The notes under the pieces are model-generated. The model was not told the origin of the DNA. It saw only the letters and a list, made by a program, of their open reading frames with translations, and searched no databases. A stretch of DNA of 64,000 nucleotides from Verrucomicrobiia bacterium (GTDB lineage: Bacteria; Verrucomicrobiota; Verrucomicrobiia; Limisphaerales; UBA11358). The translations under genes were made by a program, and so were the position numbers. Numbering within the stretch: position 1 is the stretch's first letter; every line of letters begins with the position of its first letter. The DNA is taken from the NCBI GenBank assembly GCA_036502245.1, contig DASXYX010000068.1:4190-68189 (forward strand). Direction: 5' to 3'. Shown piece after piece: positions 1-9,535 of the stretch.

Positions 1-1281
<1,281 letters not shown>

Positions 1282-1333
1282 AATGTGTGAACGGATGGGT
1301 CCTTTATAGAGTCGGCCTGAAGTAATGCGTCAA

Positions 1334-1402
1334 ACGCCGTAGGCGTGGCATATTTGTAGAACCTGCCAAATAAAATTTAAAGCTCCGTTAGGAGCGGCAT
1401 AT
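1334..1402. repeat. REP-like intergenic element with two related half-copies
   Basis: Two similar units, gccgtaggcgtggcatat and ctccgttaggagcggcatat, each with a short internal hairpin, lie downstream of secA. Confidence 0.4.
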
Positions 1403-1470
1403 TCCCGATTCAAAAACAAAGAATCTGCGTGTCAATTGCGTCCATTATATTTTATCGGTAAGTTAAGAAC

Positions 1471-1770
1471 ATGAAAAGACATTCGATTCATTTTGTGAAA
1501 GACGTTGCGGTGATTGCGCCGCACACGCTCCAGTTGCGATTTGAAGACGGCGTTACTCAAACAATCAATTTTGAACCCTTATTGCATGGACAGATCTATG
1601 GTCCTTTGCGAGATCCAAAATTTTTCAGCCAGGTCCGCCTCGATCCTGAAATTCGCACGATCGTCTGGCCGAACGGCGCTGATTTTGATCCCGCCACGTT
1701 GCATGATTGGCCGGAACACGCGCCCGCGTTGATTAAATTGGCAAAGACCTGGGAACTCTGTCCGGCTTAA
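1471..1770 (+). CDS. DUF2442-like small protein
   Basis: 99-aa ORF. The pattern V..V......L.L.F.DG......F.PLL.G....PL.D...F..V.....T..WPNGADFDP..L matches my recollection of DUF2442. Confidence 0.65.
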   Translation: MKRHSIHFVKDVAVIAPHTLQLRFEDGVTQTINFEPLLHGQIYGPLRDPKFFSQVRLDPEIRTIVWPNGADFDPATLHDWPEHAPALIKLAKTWELCPA

Positions 1771-1814
1771 AATCATCTCCAAATAACCCTTGCATCCCGC
1801 TTCACCTTCTTCTA

Positions 1815-1835
1815 AATTGCAAATGATTTGCAATT
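1815..1835. promoter_or_regulatory. Perfect 9-3-9 palindrome (candidate Fur/Zur-family operator) upstream of the ZIP transporter
   Basis: AATTGCAAA-TGA-TTTGCAATT ends 6 nt before the ATG at 1842. It is AT-rich and dyad-symmetric, like metalloregulator boxes. Confidence 0.4.
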
Positions 1836-1841
1836 AAGAAA

Positions 1842-2711
1842 ATGAAGCCGGACGTTTTATTGGCCATTTACTGTGCGCTGGTCCTGGTCGCCTCCCTGGC
1901 GGGCGGTTGGTTCCTGCTCCTCATCCATCTCACCCATACCCGGCTCCAGATCGCTGTGAGCTTTGTCGCCGGTCTTATGCTGGGCATTGCGCTGCTTCAT
2001 TTCCTGCCCGATGCCGATGACAACCTGCATAACGTGGATAAAACTGCCGAATGGCTGGTGGGCGGCTTTCTCGTGATGTTTTTCGTCCAGCGCTTTTTTC
2101 ATTTCCATCATCATGATTTGCCCGAGGGCGACCCCGAAGACTGCTGTGGACACGATCACGGCCATGTCCAGGACAACATCCGTGCAAATTTTCGTGCCCA
2201 CGAGGAACACGCCCACACGCTGGCCGACAAATCCGCCAAACACCTTTCCTGGGTCGGCACCACCTTGGGCCTGACGCTGCATTCGTTGCTGGATGGCCTC
2301 GCGCTCGCGGTTGCCGTGCAATCCGGCGCGCACGGAAATGCCAAGTTCGCCGGCCTCGGCGTGGCCCTCGTCGTGATTTTGCACAAGCCATTCGATGCCA
2401 TGGCCGTCTCCACGTTGACTGCCGCCGGAGGTAAATCACGTTCATTTCGGCACGTGCTGAACGGTCTCTTTGCCTTTGCCAGCCCTATTGGCGCGGTGCT
2501 CTTCTATTTTGGGATGGGATTTCTGACGCACGGCAGTGTGCCGGTCCTGGGCTGCTCTTTGGCGTTTTGCGCCGGATCATTTCTGTGCATTTCCAGCGCC
2601 GATCTCCTGCCGGAATTGCAGTTCCATTCCCACGACCGTTTCAAACTTTCCATCGCCCTTCTCGCGGGCCTGGCGGTCGCCATCATCATCAAATATTTCG
2701 AAGCAAGCTGA
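1842..2711 (+). CDS. ZIP-family divalent metal (zinc) transporter
   Basis: Multi-pass membrane protein with a His-rich loop (HFHHHDLPEGDPEDCCGHDHGH) and HSLLDGLALAV / HKPFDAMAV motifs characteristic of ZIP/ZupT-type transporters. Confidence 0.85.
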   Translation: MKPDVLLAIYCALVLVASLAGGWFLLLIHLTHTRLQIAVSFVAGLMLGIALLHFLPDADDNLHNVDKTAEWLVGGFLVMFFVQRFFHFHHHDLPEGDPEDCCGHDHGHVQDNIRANFRAHEEHAHTLADKSAKHLSWVGTTLGLTLHSLLDGLALAVAVQSGAHGNAKFAGLGVALVVILHKPFDAMAVSTLTAAGGKSRSFRHVLNGLFAFASPIGAVLFYFGMGFLTHGSVPVLGCSLAFCAGSFLCISSADLLPELQFHSHDRFKLSIALLAGLAVAIIIKYFEAS

Positions 2712-3043
2712 TGCGCTTTCACTTCCAGCTCAATCGCCGCGCGCGCGGGTATCTTCATCGCGCGGCTGGCGGATTGACGCTGGCGGTCTGGCTGTTCGTC
2801 AATGGGGCGGAAATCTGCCCGCCGCTTCATGCGTGGCTCCATGGCGGTTCCATTCCAGACGATGACGATTGCGCCGTTGTGGCCATCGCCCTCGGCCATG
2901 TCGATGCGGGCATCTGCGATGTCCCCCCGGTCACGCCGGTGCATTGGATTCAGATTGAACCACGCCGGGAAGTCTGCGCTTTAGTTGTCGTTGATAAACA
3001 TCTTCCCCCCGGGCGCGCGCCGCCCTTCCTCTCCGTTTCCTGA
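2711..3043 (+). CDS. Small membrane protein with Cys/His motifs (possibly DUF2946-like)
   Basis: Its ATG overlaps the ZIP stop codon (TGATG). It has one hydrophobic segment and the motifs CPPLHAWLHGG and DDDDCAVVAIALGH. The family assignment is tentative. Confidence 0.4.
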   Translation: MRFHFQLNRRARGYLHRAAGGLTLAVWLFVNGAEICPPLHAWLHGGSIPDDDDCAVVAIALGHVDAGICDVPPVTPVHWIQIEPRREVCALVVVDKHLPPGRAPPFLSVS

Positions 3044-3172
3044 TTCTGTGGTTCAGGCGAATTGCCGCGCCTGAAATTTGTTCAATTGCTGAATTTCCGC
3101 ACTGTCATCGGTATGCGTCAACGCGTGCCCATGGGGATTTGCGGAGATCGAAAATCAACTTTTTGAAGAATT

Positions 3173-5404
3173 ATGAAACAGCTTGGAAAGACCCGATTAT
3201 ATTGGTCGGTCATTTCGCTCGCCGCTTTGTCCTGCGGCGGGGTGGCGTTGGCGCAAACCAATGCCGTGATGGGTTCAGTAGAGGGGACAAATTCCGTTGC
3301 CGAAACTGCGACGAATGTCGCCAACCTCGGCAACATGACCATTGTCGGCCAGTTGAACCAGGCGCGCAGCCAGATCGTGCCGGACCTGGGCGCGACGGTG
3401 TACACGGTCAGCCAGGCGCAGATCGCCTCGCTGCCGCAGGGGGCCAACACGCCGTTCAATCAGGTGCTGCTCCAGACGCCCGGCATGGCGCAGGATTCGC
3501 TGGGCCAGGTCCATTTGCGCGGTGAGCACGCCAACCTGCAGTACCGCATCGATGATGTGATCCTGCCCGAAGGCGTCACCGGATTTGGGCAGGAACTCGA
3601 TCCGCGTTTTGTCGATTCCATGCAGCTTATCACCGGCTCATTGCCCGCTGAGTATGGCTATCGCACCGCGGGCATCGTGGATATCCAGACCCGCAGCGGC
3701 GCGTTCGAGAACGGCGGGAGCGGGGAAGTGTACGGCGGTACGTACGATACTATTGAGCCAAGCTTTGAATACGCCGGCTCACAGGGAAAATGGAATTACT
3801 TCATGGACGGCAGTTACAATCACAATTCGCTGGGCATTGAAAATCCCATGCCCAGCCATTACGCCGACCATGACGACACCGGCCAATACCGCACGTTCCT
3901 ATACGGCTCGCGCATCTTGAGCGACACCAGCCGCATCACAGTGATGGGCAGCCTGGATTACGCCAACTTCCAGATCCCCATTAACCCGGCACAGGCGCAA
4001 ACGCCACAGCCCGCCGCCGCCTCCTGGTCTGCCGACCCGAATGCGCAAAGCCCGAACGATCTGAACGACAATCAAAACGAGCAGAACTATTACAGCGTTG
4101 TCGCCTATCAGAAATCGGCTGGGAACCTGGATTTCCAGGTTTCCGCCTTTGGCCGGGAGAGCGGCGCGCATTATGTGCCGGATAATGTTGACGCCACGGT
4201 GAACTACAACAACGGCGTGGCCACCGATGAGCATCGCCTGCTCAATTCCGGCGGCGCGCAGGCCGACGCCAGTTACGAGTTGGGCGATAAACACACGATC
4301 CGGGGTGGGTTCATGTTAAATGACGAAATCGTTGCCGCCGATGCCACCACATGGGTTTTCCCGGTGGACGGTGCTGGCAACGAAACTGTCCCCGGTGAAG
4401 CGCCCGAAAACATCGTGCAGGATGAAACCACGCACGCGCTGTTCTACGGCGTTTATTTGCAGGACGAGTGGAAGATTGTTCCGAAACTCACGCTGAATTA
4501 TGGCGCGCGCTTCGACGTTTTCTCGTCCACGACCGATCACCAGAACCAGCCCAGCCCGCGGGCGAACCTGATCTATCAGCCCACGGATTCCACGACGTTC
4601 CATGCCGGTTACGCGCGTTACTTCACGCCGCCGCCGCAGGAGACGGTTCCTGCCGGGAATCTGGCGGCATTCAATAACACTTCCGGCGCGCAAGGCTATA
4701 CGCAGGATTCTCCGGTGAAAGCCGAGCGCGCGAATTACTTCGACGCCGGTGTCAGCCAGAAAATCCTGCCGGGCCTGACCGCAGGCGTGGATGGTTACTA
4801 CAAGAAAGCGAGCAACCAGTTGGACGACGGATTCTTTGGGCAATCGCTCATCCTCTCGTCGTTCAATTATTCCGAGGGCCGGATCTATGGCGTGGAATTC
4901 ACCACCAGTTACGAGCACGGCGGATTTTCCTCATACGCCAACGTGGCCTGGGGGCAGGCGGAGGGCAAAGGCGCGTCCACGGCGCAATTCCTGTGGGGCG
5001 ATGCAGCCACCGTAGCCTACGTCAACAGCCATTATATATTCCTGGACCACGACCAGCGCGTGACCGGCTCCTTCGGCGCGGCCTACACGTGGAAGGAATC
5101 GGAGCGATACAGCACGCGATTGGATACCGATGCCCTCTATGGCAGCGGCCTGCGGGAGGACAGCACGGACGGTTCCGGCAACACGATCCCCAACGGGGCC
5201 AGTGTGCCGTCTTATTTCTCGGTGAACGTCGGCGCGGAACAAGCCGTCAAGTTGAACCACGGCATGGTGTTGAAGGCGCGGTTCGACCTCGTGAACCTCA
5301 CTGACAACATCTATCAACTGCGCAGCGGCAGCGGCGTGGGAGTGAATGCCGCTCAATACGGCGAGCGGCTGGGATTCTTTGGCTCGCTCGCCCTTACGTT
5401 CTGA
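3173..5404 (+). CDS. TonB-dependent outer-membrane receptor
   Basis: Signal peptide ending in ALAQ, plug-domain motifs (VHLRGEHANLQYRIDDVILPE) and a long beta-barrel region ending in a terminal aromatic residue (LALTF). Confidence 0.9.
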   Translation: MKQLGKTRLYWSVISLAALSCGGVALAQTNAVMGSVEGTNSVAETATNVANLGNMTIVGQLNQARSQIVPDLGATVYTVSQAQIASLPQGANTPFNQVLLQTPGMAQDSLGQVHLRGEHANLQYRIDDVILPEGVTGFGQELDPRFVDSMQLITGSLPAEYGYRTAGIVDIQTRSGAFENGGSGEVYGGTYDTIEPSFEYAGSQGKWNYFMDGSYNHNSLGIENPMPSHYADHDDTGQYRTFLYGSRILSDTSRITVMGSLDYANFQIPINPAQAQTPQPAAASWSADPNAQSPNDLNDNQNEQNYYSVVAYQKSAGNLDFQVSAFGRESGAHYVPDNVDATVNYNNGVATDEHRLLNSGGAQADASYELGDKHTIRGGFMLNDEIVAADATTWVFPVDGAGNETVPGEAPENIVQDETTHALFYGVYLQDEWKIVPKLTLNYGARFDVFSSTTDHQNQPSPRANLIYQPTDSTTFHAGYARYFTPPPQETVPAGNLAAFNNTSGAQGYTQDSPVKAERANYFDAGVSQKILPGLTAGVDGYYKKASNQLDDGFFGQSLILSSFNYSEGRIYGVEFTTSYEHGGFSSYANVAWGQAEGKGASTAQFLWGDAATVAYVNSHYIFLDHDQRVTGSFGAAYTWKESERYSTRLDTDALYGSGLREDSTDGSGNTIPNGASVPSYFSVNVGAEQAVKLNHGMVLKARFDLVNLTDNIYQLRSGSGVGVNAAQYGERLGFFGSLALTF

Positions 5405-5406
5405 AC

Positions 5407-6099
5407 ATGGAAGCAAATCGAACAACTTACACATTGAAGAGCGAACTGGCCCGCTACTCACTGCCCTCCGCGCGGCAGGAACCGAACCAAAAGCTCGCGT
5501 GGGTCAATTCGATTTGCCTCCTTTTCCTCATCATCGGGATTGCCGGTGCGCGGGAGGGCCTCATCTCCATCAAAGCCGTTCCGCCCATCCGCCAAATCGT
5601 GCCAGTCGTTCTCGAACCAACCATCCTGCCGCCGCAGAAGACTGTTGAAGAAAAGAAACCGGTCGTGGAAAACAATCAACCGCGTATCGTTATGGCCCTT
5701 CCCAGTGCGCCGAACATCCGTTTCTCAGTGCCGACCATCGGCACGCTCGTTGCCCCCGCCGCGCTGGCGTCCGCGCCACCTTTAAATCCGCTGGCGACCG
5801 AATCGCAGATCGGAAACATCGGCAACACCGGCGCCGGCGGTGACCGTCCGTATCCGCCCTATCCGCAATTGTCCATGCAACACGGGGAGCAGGGGACCCT
5901 CACCCTCCTGCTCGGTGGCGATGCGGCGGGCAATGTCGTCTCGGTTGATATCAAAGAATCTTCCGGATTCGCTTATCTCGACCAGGCCACAGTTGCCTTC
6001 ATGAAAACCCATTGGCGCCTGCCCGCGGGCGTCGGCGCGCATCTTTTTCAAACAACCATTACCTACAAACTAAAAATCGAATCCAATTCACTGCTATGA
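5407..6099 (+). CDS. TonB-family energy transducer
   Basis: Starts 3 nt after the receptor stop. N-terminal TM segment, Pro-rich linker, and a C-terminal TonB-like domain (YPPYPQLSMQHGEQGTLTLLL...VVSVDIKESSGFAYLDQATVAFMKTHWR). Confidence 0.8.
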   Translation: MEANRTTYTLKSELARYSLPSARQEPNQKLAWVNSICLLFLIIGIAGAREGLISIKAVPPIRQIVPVVLEPTILPPQKTVEEKKPVVENNQPRIVMALPSAPNIRFSVPTIGTLVAPAALASAPPLNPLATESQIGNIGNTGAGGDRPYPPYPQLSMQHGEQGTLTLLLGGDAAGNVVSVDIKESSGFAYLDQATVAFMKTHWRLPAGVGAHLFQTTITYKLKIESNSLL

Positions 6100-6776
6100 T
6101 CGCTAACATCGTCTTCCAATTCATCCTCCAGGGCGGCCCTATCATATGGCCGATCCTCATCTGCGCCCTTGTGGCCGTGGCTGTCGTTGGCGAACGCGCC
6201 TTCTGGTGGTGGCGCGAGGCCCAAAAGCGCGACCCGCACAAATTGGAACAGATCTTTGCCGCGCTCGAAAATTCTGATGTTGCTACCGCTAAAAAATTGG
6301 CCGAAGGCTCGGAGGACCCGCTCATCCGGGTCATCCGTCACGGCCTCACCCACGTGGGCCATGCGCATGGGTCGTTGATCGGCGCATTGCAACTGGCCGC
6401 GGGCGTCGAACTCAAACGCGCCGGGCGTTTTCTTACCGTCATGGACACGCTCGTCACCCTCGCGCCGCTGCTCGGCCTCCTGGGCACGGTCACCGGCCTG
6501 ATGAGCGCGTTTCTCCACATCGGCAGCGCTGAACTTTCCGTCACCGCCGTCACCGGTGGCATCGGCCAGGCATTGATCGCCACCGCCTGCGGCCTCGCCA
6601 TCGCCATTTTCTCGCTCATCCCGTTCAACTATTTTTCCGCCCGTGTCGCCCAATTACAGTTCGACCTCGAAACCGCCGCGACGAATGTGGAAGTCCTCGT
6701 CGGTGGCGGCGCCAAATCCGGCGACACCGTTCATCTGCACAAACACACACCACCCGGCCAGGTGACCAGCCACTGA
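6096..6776 (+). CDS. exbB: MotA/TolQ/ExbB proton-channel protein
   Basis: The internal ATG at 6096 overlaps the TonB stop (ATGA). Three TM segments and the conserved LAPLLGLLGTVTGL / GGIGQALIATACGLAIAI region. Confidence 0.85.
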   Translation: MIANIVFQFILQGGPIIWPILICALVAVAVVGERAFWWWREAQKRDPHKLEQIFAALENSDVATAKKLAEGSEDPLIRVIRHGLTHVGHAHGSLIGALQLAAGVELKRAGRFLTVMDTLVTLAPLLGLLGTVTGLMSAFLHIGSAELSVTAVTGGIGQALIATACGLAIAIFSLIPFNYFSARVAQLQFDLETAATNVEVLVGGGAKSGDTVHLHKHTPPGQVTSH

Positions 6777-6779
6777 GCT

Positions 6780-7020
6780 GTAGGAGCCGACGTAAGGAGG
6801 CTTAAACGTTAATGAATATATTGAATTCTAATCTCCGGCGGCTGAAAGCCGCCTCCATTGTAGCCGAGGGCAACGCCCTCGGAAGTCTCCGTAAATTGTT
6901 ATTGCCCTGTAAGGGCAATCCATATTGTTCAAAACCGGAAGCTGGACTGATTACAGGAAGTTTCCTCCGTTGGTCTGGGGGGAACGGGCTGCCAGCCCGT
7001 TGCGGTCGGCAACTTGCCGA
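6780..7020. repeat. Spacer filled with REP-like hairpins
   Basis: Contains tgtaggagccgacgtaaggaggc (related to the element inside hrpB at 43660). Also has the hairpins ggcggctgaaagccgcc, gccgagggcaacgccctcggaa, ttgccctgtaagggcaa and cggtcggcaacttgccgaccg. Confidence 0.6.
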
Positions 7021-7041
7021 CCGTGTCCGATCTTCAACATC

Positions 7042-7458
7042 ATGAAAATCCCTTCCCCCATCCCCAGGCGCCGCTCACGGATCGTCATCATTCCGCTGAT
7101 CGACATCATGTTCTTTCTGCTCGCATCGTTCATGATGATCAGCCTGCAGATGAGCCGCACCGCCAACATCAAGGTGGCCCTTCCTTCCGCCACGCAGGCG
7201 CAACAGGACTACAAACCGAACATGGTCAACATCGCCGTGGACAGATCCGGCGCTGTCTGGCTCGAAAAAAAAGAAGTGACCCTCGCGGATCTCGGTCTTG
7301 TTTTGAGCAATCGTTTCGCCCTGGACACCAATCTGCCCGTCTATATCAGCGGCGACCGCGACACGTTGCATGGCGATATGGTGAAGGTGTACCAAATCGT
7401 CCGCGCCGCCGGCATCCAGAACGTTGCCTTCATGACTGAAAATGAAAATTCAAAATAA
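7042..7458 (+). CDS. exbD: ExbD/TolR biopolymer transport protein (copy 1)
   Basis: Motif IIPLIDIMFFLLASFMM at the N-terminus and a periplasmic domain ending in GDMVKVYQIVRAAGIQNVAF. Start chosen at the internal ATG preceding the conserved N-terminus. Confidence 0.85.
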   Translation: MKIPSPIPRRRSRIVIIPLIDIMFFLLASFMMISLQMSRTANIKVALPSATQAQQDYKPNMVNIAVDRSGAVWLEKKEVTLADLGLVLSNRFALDTNLPVYISGDRDTLHGDMVKVYQIVRAAGIQNVAFMTENENSK

Positions 7459-7706
7459 ACCATAAATGAACACAGATAAACACGGGTTTTTCAAAAAGGA
7501 GCAAGGTGAGCTGGTAGGACGAGGCTCCTGCCGAGCCGCTTATGCTTTGGTGGAACAGGCGTCTCGCCTGTTGCATCGGGCCGCTGGCCCGATGCCCTCT
7601 GACAATTGCAGCGTTTGTCGTCCTAGAGAGCAGCAGCCCTCTGCGGCTTTGCGCCTTTGCGTTATGTCCCCAATCTGTGTTCATCCGTGTCCATCCGTGG
7701 TTAAAA
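7458..7706. repeat. Spacer between the exbD paralogues bounded by inverted copies of the 'ccacggatggacac' repeat family
   Basis: aaccataaatgaacacagataaacacggg lies at 7458-7491. Its inverted counterpart ctgtgttcatccgtgtccatccgtggtt lies at 7671-7706. Internal hairpin catcgggccgctggcccgatg. Confidence 0.6.
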
Positions 7707-8129
7707 ATGAAGATCCGCACACCCATCGCTGAAAAAAAGTCGCGCCTGGAGATCATCCCGCTGATCGACATCATGTTTTTCCTGCTGGCGTCGTTCATGA
7801 TGGTCAGCCTCCAGATGCAGATCGTGCGCACTCTCAAGGCCAACCTGCCCACCGCCACCCTGGCCACCTCTACGAAGAAGCTGGACATGATAAATTTCAA
7901 TATCAACAAAGACGGTCAGGTTTCCATGGATGACAAAAACATTCCCTTTCCCGCGCTCTACACCATGCTGACCAATCGCTACAGCCTCAACACCAATCTG
8001 CCGGTCTATCTCACCGGCGCGGACGATGCCACGCACGGCTCGGTGATGTATGTGCTGGATTTTGTGCGCCGCGCGGGCATCCAAAACGTAGCCATCGCCG
8101 TCAAAGCTTCCTCTGATTCAAACCCATGA
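7707..8129 (+). CDS. exbD: ExbD/TolR biopolymer transport protein (copy 2)
   Basis: Motif IIPLIDIMFFLLASFMMVSLQ plus GSVMYVLDFVRRAGIQNVAI. It is a paralogue of the preceding gene. Confidence 0.85.
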   Translation: MKIRTPIAEKKSRLEIIPLIDIMFFLLASFMMVSLQMQIVRTLKANLPTATLATSTKKLDMINFNINKDGQVSMDDKNIPFPALYTMLTNRYSLNTNLPVYLTGADDATHGSVMYVLDFVRRAGIQNVAIAVKASSDSNP

Positions 8130-8641
8130 AAAATTTTCAACAAAACCTCCTCCTCATTCTCGCGCTCGGCCTCTGCGGCTTGTGCGTGTTCCAATGGTGC
8201 GTGCAAACGGCCCAGCGCACCGAGATCCAGACCCAGAACCAGATGCTCTATGAGCGTGATACCTCTATCCAAAGCGACACCAACTCTATTGCCACTCTCA
8301 ACGCCCAGGTCGCCCGGATGGACCAACGCATCACTGAGATTAAGGCCGTTGCCGCCACCAATGAGCAACTCATTGCCTCGCAAAAAGCGCAGCTTATCCA
8401 GTTGCAGTTCGATAATGAAAGCCTCACCAACGAAGTCGTCCAAAACAAAGCCGCCGTGGATGAATTGACGGCAAAGCTAACGAATGCCTACGCCGGTATC
8501 GAACAACAGAACCAGGCCATCACCAATCTCCTTTCCCAGCGCGATGACCTCGCCAAAAAGTATAACGACGAAGTGAAAGACCGGAACGACGTCGTCGCCA
8601 AATACAACGACCTCGTCAAACAGATGGGCAAAAGCCAGTGA
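8126..8641 (+). CDS. Membrane-anchored coiled-coil protein, translationally coupled to exbD2
   Basis: ATGA overlap with the exbD2 stop. N-terminal TM (LLLILALGLCGLCVF) followed by about 140 aa of Q/N/E/K-rich heptad-like sequence. Confidence 0.6.
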   Translation: MKNFQQNLLLILALGLCGLCVFQWCVQTAQRTEIQTQNQMLYERDTSIQSDTNSIATLNAQVARMDQRITEIKAVAATNEQLIASQKAQLIQLQFDNESLTNEVVQNKAAVDELTAKLTNAYAGIEQQNQAITNLLSQRDDLAKKYNDEVKDRNDVVAKYNDLVKQMGKSQ

Positions 8642-8746
8642 GAAGTTAAACCAGAAAATAGTAAAAAATATAGTCGCCAAAACAATAAACGTTCGACAGC
8701 CTTTGTCCGACATGCGTGGTACATTTATTTGGTTTAAAAATTGAAA

Positions 8747-9535
8747 ATGAGTGATAAATCAAAAATCGAATGGACTGATGCGACGTGGAACCCGGTGCGG
8801 GGCTGTACCAAAATCAGCCCTGGCTGTTTGCACTGTTACGCAGAGACCTTCGCAGAGCGCTTTCGCGGGGTGCGTGGCCATCCGTTTGAATTTGGTTTTG
8901 ATCTGCGTTTGGTTCCCGAGAAACTCGGTGATCCATTGCGTTGGTCGACGCCTCGAAAGATTTTTGTGAATTCCATGAGCGATCTGTTTCATCCCCAAGT
9001 GCCGGATGAGTACATTATCAAAGTAGCACGCGTGATGGTCGCTGCTAACTGGCATACCTATCAGGTGCTAACCAAACGCGCCGACCGACTGCACGAATTA
9101 TTGACAGACAAACTCCGGTTTGCGGTGGAGCAATCACATATCTGGTGGGGGGTTAGTGTTGAAAACCGCAAGCATGGTCTTCCGCGAATTGATTTATTAC
9201 GCAAAACGTCTGCGCAGGTCCGTTTCCTTTCAATAGAACCATTGCTTGAAGATCTGGGTTCTATCAATTTAGGCGAGATCAATTGGGTAATTGTTGGTGG
9301 TGAAAGCGGGCCGGGAGCACGCCCCATACAAGCAGAATGGGTGCGGGATATTCGTGCCCAATGCCATAACGCCAAGGTCGCATTCTTTTTTAAACAGTGG
9401 GGAGGGGTTCGAAAATCTCGGACGGGGCGCATTTTGGATGGCAAAACGTATGACGAATATCCTCATTTTCCACAGAATTCTGTTGCAACTTTGAAGCGGC
9501 GCAGTGAATTATTAGCCGAATTTGAGAATAGCTAA
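8747..9535 (+). CDS. DUF5131 / phage Gp37-Gp68-like three-Cys protein
   Basis: IEWTDATWNPVRGC-x6-C-x2-CYA, VSVENR, FLSIEPLL, WVIVGGESGPGARP and FFFKQWGG match my recollection of Pfam PF07505. An alternative TTG start lies at 8741. Confidence 0.8.
   Translation: MSDKSKIEWTDATWNPVRGCTKISPGCLHCYAETFAERFRGVRGHPFEFGFDLRLVPEKLGDPLRWSTPRKIFVNSMSDLFHPQVPDEYIIKVARVMVAANWHTYQVLTKRADRLHELLTDKLRFAVEQSHIWWGVSVENRKHGLPRIDLLRKTSAQVRFLSIEPLLEDLGSINLGEINWVIVGGESGPGARPIQAEWVRDIRAQCHNAKVAFFFKQWGGVRKSRTGRILDGKTYDEYPHFPQNSVATLKRRSELLAEFENS

Noticed and set aside
3073-3097. Imperfect dyad gaaatttgttcaattgctgaatttc upstream of the TonB-dependent receptor, as a second metalloregulator box
   Set aside because: Only the outer 6 bp pair. 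The inner halves do not match each other or the perfect palindrome at 1815-1835.
6812-7045. Small ORFs inside the REP-filled spacers (6812-7045, 7466-7732, and the N-terminal extensions of the 6925 and 7542 ORFs)
   Set aside because: They run through hairpin repeats, and the conserved ExbD N-termini begin at internal ATGs (7042 and 7707). The upstream extensions have no protein-like features.
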